The notes beneath the pieces are model-generated. The model saw only the letters and a program-made list of their open reading frames with translations. It made no database searches and was not told where the DNA came from. Positions 40,570 through 52,575 of a stretch of 64,000 bases of DNA are shown one piece after another. The stretch comes from Lytechinus pictus (lineage: Eukaryota). The stretch lies in contig NC_087251.1 in NCBI RefSeq assembly GCF_037042905.1, positions 46,812,001 to 46,876,000 on the forward strand. The letters run 5' to 3'. Each line of letters opens with the position of its first letter. Position 1 is the first letter of the stretch. The position numbers were made by a program, and so were the translations under genes.

Positions 40570-41170
40570 AGTTTAATTAGGACACAGCCCCCCCCCCCCC
40601 CCACTCCCCAAGGTTTAGGATTCAGGGCTTCGCCCACCAACCCTTAGGAATTCTTTTGATATTTGAGACACAGTACCTCGCCCACCAACCTGCATGGAAG
40701 AATTCGTTTAATATTCAGAACACAAGGCCCCACCCACGAACCCGTATGAACTAATTTAAGGTTAAGGACACAGGGCCCCGCCTACCAACCTGCAACTACC
40801 TACATGGATTAATATTCAGGACACAAGGCCCCACCCACGAACCCGTATGGATTCATTTAAGGTTAAGGACACAGGGCCCCGCCTACCAACCTGCAACTAC
40901 CTACATGGATTAATATTCAGGACACAAGGCTCCACCCACGAACCCGTATGGATTCATTGAAGGTTTAGGACACAGGGCCCCGCCTACCAACCCGTATCAT
41001 TCTTTAAGGGTTAAGGCACAATGCCCCGCCCACCAACTCTTATACATACTGTTGTTAAAGGTTTAGGATTCAGGACCCCGCCCACTAATTCGTATGATTG
41101 ATCAGGCATTGGAGAATTAGGACACACGACCCACCCACCAACCCATATGGATTCGTTCATGTTTTAGGAC
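40530..41170 (+). repeat. ~45-55-bp minisatellite with a 101-bp higher-order repeat, running from the last codons into the 3' UTR of gene B
   Basis: Unit core ggacaca(a/g)ggcccc(g/a)cccaccaa(c/t)ccgta(t/c)ggatt; atattcag recurs at 40711, 40812 and 40913. Confidence 0.9.
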
Positions 41171-42268
41171 ATTAAGACAATAAACTGACACATTATGTTT
41201 GAAAATTCCAATTTAGATAGGCGACGTTTTCATAGTGATTAAAAATCAATTGTGAAATATAGAAATTAACATTTCTGTATATTTCAGTACTGTTGTTTAT
41301 TGATGTATTTTTCGTTCAGGATGAAAGGACAGTTGCAGTGGTCAAGGTACAAGTACTTCTTAAAACACATACACATACATACGAAATATGTTGGTTATTA
41401 GCATAGCTGTGAAGACTATAAATCGCCTAGATATTATTTACGTTTTTCCACTTATTGTCTAGAGTATCTCTGCCAAAAGTGTTTTAGATGACTTTTTGTT
41501 TAGAATAGTACGTTAGATGACTCGTAATTGTCCCCACTATGGAGAAATTATGACGACTATGTATTTTATTTACTTATTCTTTTCAATAAAGATATGGATT
41601 CTTTCAAGTAGGTTATATAAATACTCTATCAAGAATCACTGCACGCGCAGATTGGATTATATTTTCCCTAGGTCTTTATATTACCGGTATTTGTTTGTCT
41701 TTGTTTATCTCTAATTAATGAGGACAGAAATATATTTTTTACTTTATCAAGTAATGACGAAATTTGTTTCGATGTGAAAACGGGGTCCCGTAATGTTCCA
41801 ATACTGTTTCATCTTTAATTTAATTTAGATGCTGAAGTATAATTGCGTAAGCTGTATTGCAAAACGGTAAACGCTCCTCAACATAGCATAACGTCTACAG
41901 AAAAAACACTTTAAAAGGGTCCCTGCAACCAAAATCTAAGTTGGCTCCTTTTGATGGACAGTGCTGAATACAACTCATATGTTGCTTGTTAAGTTTCAGA
42001 ATATGTTTTTCATAGGTTTTTGAAGAATTTTTAAAGGATATTTTTTACCTTACAAACCTTTATTCTATATATAAAAAATAGCGCAGATCATATTCCTATA
42101 GCGACATCATTTTATCAATCATTAGACCATGATGGGGAACATTCAAACAAAATGTGTGATCATCGAAGTGTTTAAAGAATTAGATATTGCAGTATAGCAT
42201 TTTGGAACCATTAATTTTAACCCGTTTTATCGTCCAAACTTCTGAATACTGATATATATAAATAGATA

Positions 42269-42530
42269 GAGGTGTTGTAGCTCAGCGGATATGTCTCCAG
42301 AGCTTGAACCACAAGGCCGGGGTTCAAATCCCACCGCAGCACTAGCGTCCTTTGGCAAGGCGTTTATCTACATTTGCCACTCTCCACCCAGGTGTAGTTA
42401 ATGGGTACCCGGTAGGAAGGAATTCCTTGAACACCCGAGCAACCGATCATAGCCATGCTAAAAACCGGGTTAGCGCGTAGAAACATTTGTATTAAGCGCT
42501 ATATAAATGTTGCACATTATTATTATTATA
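42269..42530 (+). mobile_element. tRNA-derived SINE, apparently full length with (TAT)n tail
   Basis: A-box tagctcagcgg, B-box ggttcaaatcc, tccacccaggtg..aatgggtacc core, gcgctatataaatg + tattattat end. Confidence 0.88.
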
Positions 42531-43575
42531 TAAGAATGGAATTTTTTGCTTTGCGGGAGGGCGTCTCGCTCGATTTACACACACACATAAAAAAATTGTA
42601 AAGAAAATTATTGTGGAGGTTTCCAATCCGTTTCGGGGGAAAAAATTAACGAAACAGTCGCAAATATGTATGGCGTGTGCGTGTAGTATATCAATATAGT
42701 CTTTTGAGCCACGAGAAACATTGGAGGCGTTTCACACGTGCCTTGTCATCTATTTAAAAAATGCTATCGATTTACGATATTGGTAGCTTATAATATTGTC
42801 TCAAAACGTAACTCTTCTAATTTTACTACATGTACATTTATTATGCCATTTTCCGCAAACAGTTTTTTTTTCATCCGCCATATTGGCTTTATAAGTTTTG
42901 TTATTGATTATTAATCAATAACAAAACATGAGAAAATTCTATCATCATTCCTATTGGACGGCTATCTTGCATTCATTGTGTGTACTTTTTTTAATTGAAG
43001 ATTTCATTTTAGTATTTAGTTTCATGTAAAATAATGTTGTTTCGGTGCAATTAAGACTAGAGACCTATTATACTCAATTTCATACTTTAATTTCTGATTT
43101 TCTTTTTAGAATAAACTCTTGCCACGAAACGCAAAATATACGCAGTTTTTTTTACAGTATCATTGTGTGTTTTGACAGTTATGTTCTGTAAAAGATAGAA
43201 TATTGCGAATATTATTACTCATTTATTTTGATATACACCTATTAGATTTGCAGTTTGGGGACTCGTATAGGTGCGTGGATCGACCCCAGAATTAAGTTTC
43301 ATAACCAATCAAAAAATGAGAAAAAGAAGGAAACTGAAAGGAACATGATTAAATGTGATATTTGAAATCTATCAAAAGAATTTTTAAAAATATATATTTA
43401 TGCCTAAATCACAATGTTTTTTTTTTTTGGGGGGGAGGTCTTATTACGCCACTGACAGACACATTGAGTGTTATTGTCAAAAGTAAATAATGGACTAAGA
43501 ATCTCCCAGAATTCGGGTTGATTTTAACCAGTTTAGTCAGGCACATATTCACTAACTGATTTGTTAGACGATCTG

Positions 43576-43845
43576 GGCCCCGTCTTACAAAGAGTTACGA
43601 TTGATCCAATCAATCGTAACTCTATAGAAATCCATTAGTGTCATAATTTCTTATACAGGAAATTTGAAAAATTTCCTTTGTATACGAAGGAGAACACACC
43701 AAATTGTTTAGAAATCAATGAATTTATGGATATACATTCATATCTAGATTTTTTTAGAACATATCCACATTTTATATGTTGACTTTGTTGGCTTTCCATA
43801 GTTGCGATTGATTGGATCAATTGTAACTCTTTGTAAGACGGGGCC
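43576..43845. mobile_element. MITE with CTG TSD (PIF/Harbinger-like); further related MITEs at ~43935-44217
   Basis: ctg|ggccccgtcttacaaagagttac ... gtaactctttgtaagacggggcc|ctg. Confidence 0.9.
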
Positions 43846-44733
43846 CTGAATTGTACACGATGATCGAGGATCCCTTTGCATTAATATTTCAGATTAAATG
43901 AAACCCTTGGGTTTTCATGGTAAAATTCTGATTTCTGGAGCTATGTTTCACAAAGAGCTACAACGAATGTAACTTTGCCATTATGACAGCTATACTTGGT
44001 AACTTGGTTTAGCAGCCAATCAACATTAAAGTTTCCATGGAAGTAACAATAATGACAAAGAGACAGTAGTTGTGATTCTTTGTGAAACGGGCCCCTGGGA
44101 TCCGTTTCACAAAGATTTGTTGTGATAACAATTTTCTATAGCAGCCAATCGAATGATTTCATTCGCATAAAACTGTTATTTTAAATCTATTATAAAAAAA
44201 TGTGAAAAGGCCCGCAGATAATTCACTTGCGAGCAAGAATTAAATTAGTAACACTGGTGGCTCTTAATCCCTATAAGAGCTAGGGCGGCGCCAGGATATT
44301 TTGATAGGGGGAGCAAGACGATCGACCTAAAGATGACGTTATATTTTTTTCAACAGGGGCATTCAAACGATCCAGAACTCTCCCTTAAAAATATAACATC
44401 CTAATTCTTTAAAAAATTTATAAAAAGATTATTACTGAACGACCAAGAAAGGAAAAGGAAAGGAAAAGAGTAGAATATACTAGTTCCCTAATGTTATGTC
44501 AAAATATGGATTTTGTTTTAAAAAGTACAAAATCTTTATTCGCTTGCTTCGCTCTCATGCATCTTTTTTTTTTCATAGAAGTTTTGCTATATCCGCCACA
44601 TCTAGCCCCTCAATTATTTCGGCTTAATATATGCCACTGTCCCCGAAAAATAATTATGAAATATTTTCAGAAAAGTTATTTTATTCACGTCACTTTACGC
44701 CGAGGTACGCGGACATAATTTTAAGGATTATTG

Positions 44734-44766
44734 TGACGTCATACGCGTGCCTTGGCAACATCCAAT
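44734..44766 (+). promoter_or_regulatory. Candidate promoter cluster of the TMEM262-like gene: CRE + imperfect RFX X-box + CCAAT
   Basis: TGACGTCA at 44734-44741, cgtgccttGGCAAC at 44746-44759, ccaat at 44762, ~270 bp upstream of the ATG. Possible 5'-UTR intron 44851-44918 with a CTAAC branch point. Confidence 0.45.
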
Positions 44767-45026
44767 CGCAAGCGCATCATCATATCAGATAAAAAATCTC
44801 AATTAAAGGCAGATGAATTTGAAAGCTCTATATCTGGAAATCATGACACGGTATAATATCTCCATTTTTTATATATAAACTTGAATTCTGCAATCTAACT
44901 TTACATGTTTAATCACAGATCAATTAACAAAATAATAAGAAAGAGATACTCAGATATAGGCCTAACTTGGGTTTAACTAACTAAGAAAGGTTAGACTAAG
45001 CGGAGTGTCGAGAACTCCAGTCAGCG

Positions 45027-47437
45027 ATGGCGTTCAACATTTGGGCCCTGACTCAGAAGAAGACTCTCTATGTATACACATCATCATTGTCTGTTTTGGT
45101 GTTGGCATTCATTATCGTCTTTGATCTTCTACAATATACCGTCTTCGAAAGAACAGATATGACCTCGCAAGGATTCACAGAGAGCTTACTGGTAAGAATA
45201 TTAGAAGTATGTTCAAGATTTTTATTTGGAGACGCCCCAATCAAATAATGACCACTATCTTTTAATTATTTTGTAGCTTCAAATGCTTTTAATTTTCACA
45301 TAGTTTCATTCATAGTAATACTAATAGGATCTTGTCTATCAATTGCTTTCGAATTACCTTACGAACTTGTGTATGCATCGACTTTCACATTATTTTCGTA
45401 ATTGTAAATAGATCTACTGCTGCAGATCTATTCTACATAACATGTAGGATGGGGGTGGGGTGTCCGGAAACTTTAAACTCTTTGAAGCCTTCTTTTTGGG
45501 GCTTCGGATGACACAAAAAATATTAATTCATTAGTTGTAATCTTCAAGTTTGTTCTCTATAATATTGCCTACATTTTGTACAAGAAATCGACGAGAATTT
45601 GCGTTAAAACGTTTCCAAATGGCAATTAAAATCGATTGTCCGAACACAAAGCCTGTCCAGACATCACCTGGGTTCAGATTCATGCAAATTTGCATTCACA
45701 TTTTGAAAGTTTTTTTTTTTAAACATATTTAATCTTTTAAAAACTAAAGTGAAATACCTGGTGAAAGTTGATTGTCGCATGTTGAATTTACTTGTGTAAA
45801 GAAATATCATACCCATATACTGACCCATATTAATCCACTTTTTATGTTAATAATTTTCAGCTCGGGCTTTGCGCTCGCATTATTTGATTATTGAAACATG
45901 TATCGTCTTCATGACTAACTGCAAACAGTCCTTAACATGTACCTTTTCGATCAGGTGAGAACGTATATTAAAAAATTCTGCTCGCACTTCGCGCTCGTAG
46001 TAATTATTTAGTTACATACGCATCTTGTTCAGGATCACAAACATTGCCCAGAATGTTCAATTTCAAGACAAAATACATGATATCTCCAAAATTTTCAGCT
46101 CGCGCTTCGCGCTCGCACTATTTAAATAGGGCTTATGAGATTATTATACATTTATGCTGTTTTATAAGAATAAAGCTAAGAAATGGCCACTAGAATTACC
46201 CCTTCAAAGAAACAGATCCAAATCAACATTGAGCGGCCGATCGGGGAAACTATGGGTGATTTTTTTTTTCGCCCCCCCCCCCCTCCATCCATTGGCGAAA
46301 GCTGGATCAACCCCTGATTAAAACACCAATCATTTCATATTGCTTTGCTAAACAAATCGATTACTTTTTGTTTCTTCAGACGATTCATGTTTTGAGCTAC
46401 TACACGGCCTTACTAGGGTTCGTCTATAACACGAAGGCTGGGAAGAGATTGGGCGCTGCTAAACTGGAGTGGATTTCAGTTGGTAAGAGAATGAATGGTG
46501 TACAGTGACCCCCCCCCCCAAAAAAAAAAAAAATGTATATATAAATAAAACAATAATACAATAAAATAATAATACAAGAGGGCTGCCTATGTACAAGATA
46601 GAGACGGGCAGAAGAACAACTCATACAACTGGATGGATGGATATATAGATAGATAGAATAGGTAGGGGGGAATTTTTCCTTTGGTCATATTTTTTCTGAT
46701 GGATAAAATAACAAGAAAGTTGATGAAATTACAGTCCCCCTTTTTTCATTTCATTTGTTATTTCAAATGAACGTTGGTAGAAAGTCTACATGAGTTCTGG
46801 TAATCATGTATTCTATTGGCAAACGATAAGGCCCAACACAACACACAAAGAATGCCTCGTCTACTACTAAAATGCTATGTGGGTTGTATTGATCAATAAT
46901 ATTATGAGCATTAAAGAATAAAAGAAAAGATGCAAAATATAGTGGATATGGTATATTGAGAGTGAGGAAGACATTTAATCTGGATTGGACTAAAGTTGGA
47001 AATGTAAGTCATGCAATAGATTGCTAGTGATGTGACCTTGTAGTTTTGTATATCTTTACTCTCGAAGACCAAAGGTATGTCATGTGTCATAAATGGGCAT
47101 TTGACAGAGAATGTGGAAGAAGTTTCCCCTGCAAGATTTTCATCCGATTGACCACCCAATCATACCCCGATTCTAATACCCCCCCCCCCCCCCCCCACTT
47201 TGTTTGTTGAGGTATAAAACTAAAACTGTTTCCAAATAGGCCTATAGCAAATTAAAATAGAATGAAGAATATGTTATATAAAAAGGTAAGATACATTACA
47301 TAATATCATATTTGGGCCATTTATATCTCTCTTTCTCAAATGCAGTTGCAACGTTTTTGCTGTCAATCATGCGAGTAGGCATCGAAATCAGCTTCCTCTC
47401 GTTCCGCAAGCAAGCGTTCAAGAATTTCAACGAATGA
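45027..47437 (+). CDS. TMEM262: Three-exon, 119-aa, three-transmembrane protein; TMEM262 / CatSper auxiliary subunit eta (CATSPERH)-like
   Basis: Exons 45027-45191 (phase 0), 46380-46482 (phase 1), 47346-47437 (TGA). Protein: MAFNIWALTQKKTLYVYTSSLSVLVLAFIIVFDLLQYTVFERTDMTSQGFTESLLTIHVLSYYTALLGFVYNTKAGKRLGAAKLEWISVVATFLLSIMRVGIEISFLSFRKQAFKNFNE. Size, three hydrophobic segments and motif spacing match my recollection of mammalian TMEM262, and it is convergent with ZFPL1. The gene model is more certain than the name. Confidence 0.72.
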
Positions 47438-50400
47438 CGGACAGGGAAGCACCGGAAGATGTCTTGAAATGTCACTTATCTTTCCATCATTTTTTGTTTC
47501 ATTATTAAAAGGACCAAAGCCTCTGGATGGCATTGTATAGTCAATCCTGCATTAGTGACCATTTGCACAGAAGGTCCACATCTCTATACAGACCAAAAAT
47601 TTGGTCTCCCCTTGAATAAAATTCCCAATTGAAACACATCAAAAGAACCTGTCCACAAATACCACCTGTTCATGAAGACAGTTTTTCTCATTTTCTTTGA
47701 GTTGGTCTTCATATATGGGTTTGCCTGACATGACAGCCAAGTCAACCGGAAATAACTGATAATGAACCTTGAATTTTGAATCACTGTCTACAACAATCAA
47801 TATCAATTTAAATGTTATGTATGTTCTGATTTGCAATTAATATTTATATAGGTTAGATAATAAATTGAATCTGGATGAAGACAGAAATTTAAACAATCTT
47901 GTTGATCTCACTTTTCACTAATAGATGCATAGCTTTCTTTAATATTTCCTTGTCTGATTTTTTCAACTTTCGCCATTCTGTTTCTCTTCTTCCCATTCCA
48001 CACATTAATGTTATTACAACGGTAAGTACATGTCTCATATTGCCATCACATTAAACACCAAAGAACTAATCATAAATAATATTGTACTTTGTAGCATCTT
48101 TATTGAAATGGTTAAAGAACGCATTTTCTTTTCATATATTTCAACAACAATTTCATTAAAATTCCAAATTTAGAATATACCACGTCTTATGAGAGCAAAG
48201 CATGATATTCTGTCAATGTGTGTAGCTCCCAACATAAGACCCATTCTAAATGAACTAATCATGACATTTTTATTACATATTTGTGTGATGTAATAAAGGA
48301 CATAGAAAAACACATAACATGCTGATATCTGTACACAATTGAATAATTATACAAACAGCTCATTTTGACCTCTTTAGGAATGTAAAACAAGATTGCCAAG
48401 CATTGAATTTGCTGGACTAAATTGACAAAATAAATTTTCATGAAGTTTATGCGATAGAAGTGGACATTACTTATGTATGAATAGCAGATTTGCAGTCCCA
48501 CATGAATTCATGTTTTGTTGGTGCTATTAAGAATTACTTATATTGCATACATACAAAATACACCGGATTTGTTTTTCAAGTCTTCTTGTACACAAAAAAA
48601 ATCTAAGGATGTTCTTTTAGCAAAAATCTCTTGAAATTAAATGACTTAATAGGTGAGAAAATAGTCCCTTTTCAAATAATTAAACTTTTTTTAACACAAG
48701 TGCTTCAAAAGATGTTTAAAATGACTACAATACTGAAGTACTGTAAATGAATGTGTATTATCTTAATACCTGGAATAACCAAGGATAAATCCTTATAAAA
48801 ATCAAAATAAGTCCTTAAAAATGAAATACTTATATGAATACTTGGAGAAATATTATATCACTACATTGAAAGTCATTAACTGATTGCGGCTATACAGGAA
48901 TTCAGTATCCTACTTCATAAGACAAACTGGAATTAACCAAAATGCTATCTTGACAAAACTACATGCATTTGCAATCAGTGACTGGCAAGTATAGAAACAG
49001 TGTTATACATAGTGCGATCACTTTCATTCAATTTATCTAAAGTACATGTAGAATATAATTTGATGGTAGAATCTGGAATGGAAATTCTTATATAATAAAT
49101 TCAAATCTCTCTCCCATTCTTGTTCTTTACATGGGAAGGGAGTAGTTGCACATTAAAGACTCTATAAATTAATTCTAGGACATATATTACTCTTTATATA
49201 CTACCCTTGAACTATATTTAAAGCTGTCTACCAAATTGATTTTAACACCAATCCATAATCCCATGGTAAAAATAGAAATGCATTCAATATTTCTATGTTT
49301 TTTTATTCAATGATAATTTGGATATATTGCAAATAAATAAGAATATAGAATTTGGAATCTTTATTAAGTCCCATGACCTTAAACTATCCACTATTTGGGT
49401 AATCTATCTACTTGATTAGAGATGCAAAAATCATGATAGTTTGGTCTGAGTATTGTCATTTTGGGCAATTAAGAATATTTTATCAGCATTGGCTCTCACC
49501 ATCCAAGGATTAAATTAGCAAGAAATGTGAATGATAAGTGATCTACACCACCCCAACAAAAAGTTGATTTGAATAAAAATAGTAAAATCAAACAAGCATA
49601 ACACTGAAAATTTCATCAAAATCAGATGTAAAATAAGAAAGTTTTGCTTAAATTCGCAAATCAGTTACTGCACACCCTGGTCGGTATGCAAATGAGGAGA
49701 CTGATGACGTCATCCACTCACTATTTCTTCTGTATTTTATTGTAAGAAATATGAAATATTCTAATTTCCTCTTCATTGTCGAGTGAAACAACGATTAATT
49801 CCTCCATGAACATGTGGAATTAACATTGTTTAATACTATATGGTTCAGTCAAGTTGGTCCTTATTGTCAAATCTGTAAAAAATGAAATATTGTATAATTT
49901 AAACAATAAAAAACCAAAGAAAAAGTGAGTGAGGGACATCATTGACTGCCTCATTTGCATGTCACTGAGTTGTGCATATCACTGTTTTGTGAAAAATAAG
50001 CAAAACTTTAAACTATCATAACTTTCTTATTTTACAACAAATTTTGATGAAATTTTCAGCGTTACAAACTGTATGTTAGTTTGATTTTTCTCTATTTATT
50101 CATATCAAAATTTTTCTGGAGTGGACTTGACCTTTAATATGATTTCAAACTGGTCCATTTATTCAAGGAACGTAATATCCTATGGGAATTCAAGTATTTC
50201 ACCCTGATTGCCTCATTTCAACCAGAAGTTAAATGGATACTCGATTGCATAAGAAATATGTGCAATTTTAGCAATGTTTGTAAGGAGTCGAGCATGAATA
50301 CTCCCAAGGGAATGGAAAAGGTGTCAGACACATTATGTGTGGGCAAACCTGAGCGCACGTATCGCAAAGTGTAGGGGGGTATCAATCCAGAATATAAAAT

Positions 50401-52575
50401 GTCTGTATCAAGAAAGCCTTTGCAATCAGAAACTCGGAACAGAAAAATAAATATCTACGCTGTACTCTTTCTTATCAATATGAACAAAAATACTTGATAA
50501 ATCGGATGATCATTTTTGGGCAATTCCATAAAATAAATATGTCCATACCCAATGCAGGACCTTTCTGAAAACATTTGTCTCTACCGACATTTACTAGTTC
50601 ATATAAAGAGTTATGCTTTCAAATTATCATGGCTTGAGCAGTTCATGTAATGGATTAACAATGGAGAAGAAGGGTTGGACATACAAAATGTTGATCATTT
50701 TTATAGGATTTCCCCTTAAGCCATCTCTTGGAGAACTTCCGCCTCTTCCAAACTACATTTTCATGGGAAAAAAATTATATCAACCACAAGTAATCAAAAC
50801 CATACTACTCAATATACCTTGTGTGGATAATGAATCATGTTATATAAATCTTGGTAAGACCTTGAAATATTCATTTTTATCGACAAACAAACAAATGTAA
50901 ATTTTCAGCCACTCCCTTCAATAAATTCATGAATGCAAAATTAAAAATAAATATATTTGATAAATGTATATGATTTATTGACAAATTAAATAAAACAAGA
51001 CATATAAAGTAATAAACTCTAATATTTGAAATAATGGTTGACTTGTGGTGCTTCACACATTGTGTTTCATTCCCATTCATTGACAGTTCACTAGAAATCA
51101 AATACAATGTAAAAATCATGCTCTGGCTGGCTAACAACTTGCATATCTGGAGTTTGAATTTTGTGATCTTCACTGACTAATGTGTTCTGAGACGATCAGA
51201 TGCAAGAATTTTGGTAGCTTAAAACATTAGTCAGTGAAAATAACTGAATTTTCTTTTCATAAATGCTCTCCAGATCTCTCGATATGGACAGAGATTTGTC
51301 AGGAGAAGACATTTGGCAATATTTCTGTTACAAGTGACTATAAGATAAATTTTTCAAGTAGGAGAATAGAATCCACTGATGAGAATTTCTTGAAAAGATC
51401 CTCAATTCTGGAGAAACTCAAGATCCAAGCACAGATATGTCTGAGGAGGGTGTTGGTCAAACAGATACAGGTGATAATGATAAAAAAAAACATATGAGGT
51501 CATATTTCAGGTAAAAAAATGGATTTCTTTGATGTACTTGTACTTGAGCGCAATGTGGAGTAAATGGACCCCTACAAAAAACAGCATTTGCTGATAAAGT
51601 GTTCCATCACAACTAAATAAATAATTAAAAAATAAATTGTTGTCTCGTTTTGGAGATAACTTTTATCAGAGGAAATGAAAAGTGAGGGCAGATGACATGC
51701 TAACAGTTACTTTTAAGAGCATTCAAATCATCCCCTTTAATATGGTCATCTGATCTAACTACCACTCATGCGTAAAATTTGTGCATAAGCTTTATGGATC
51801 CCCATCCTGGCCTCTAGGTATATGCACAGTACAACATGCAGGCAATACCATGGAAACTTAACAAGCATAAGGATATTTACAGAGTATGATTTGCACTGAA
51901 AATGAGATGTTTTATACATCAAAAACCAGAGTCAGCCATAATCTCTTATCTTCTATCAGCTGGGTAGGAGTCTCGTTGCCATGACGGCCATCAATGCCCT
52001 GTAAAAGGTGAAGCCATGAAGCCGACATTCATCACCAAGTGCTTTCCTTCTATTCAGTTAGTATGTCTTCACCTTCACACAAATGTCTGCTTCTTTGCTT
52101 GCACATGCACACACACAGACTGTCACCATAACTTCCACTCTGGATTGTAACGGCTGATAGCTTTGGGTGCGGCAAATTCAAGTTGTCACTTTATTCCTTG
52201 CCACACGATCTAAAAAATGATGATCCGCCATATTACCGTAGGTACTTGCATCTCTAAGTTTTTACTTTGTCCTCCACCAAGGTTAAGCATGGTAAGTCAA
52301 TAACAGCTGAATAAACCATGATTTGTCATTAATTCACAGGCCTCTAATTTATTACAAATATTGTATCTATACACGACTGCACTGGCCCATAAGCTCTAAA
52401 TCAAGTTGATACCGAAGCTCAAAGCTAGAATATGATAAATGCTTTAAATATAAACATAATGTTTGCATTGGTCACAGCTCAGCAGAAAAAAATGACTAAA
52501 GAAGTCAGGTTGATCCCCTCAATGTGACTTTGGAAAGAGTCTTTTCTCTCATCATCCTCACTATGCAAAAATTTC

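Noticed and set aside
40530..41170. CRISPR-like repeat/spacer appearance (also 24850-25560 and 63428-64000)
   Set aside because: Eukaryotic context, the 'spacers' are homologous to each other, and there are no cas genes; these are minisatellites.
45027..45248. Type II membrane glycosyltransferase/sulfotransferase N-terminus
   Set aside because: The downstream exons add two more hydrophobic segments and a stop at 119 aa, with no catalytic domain.
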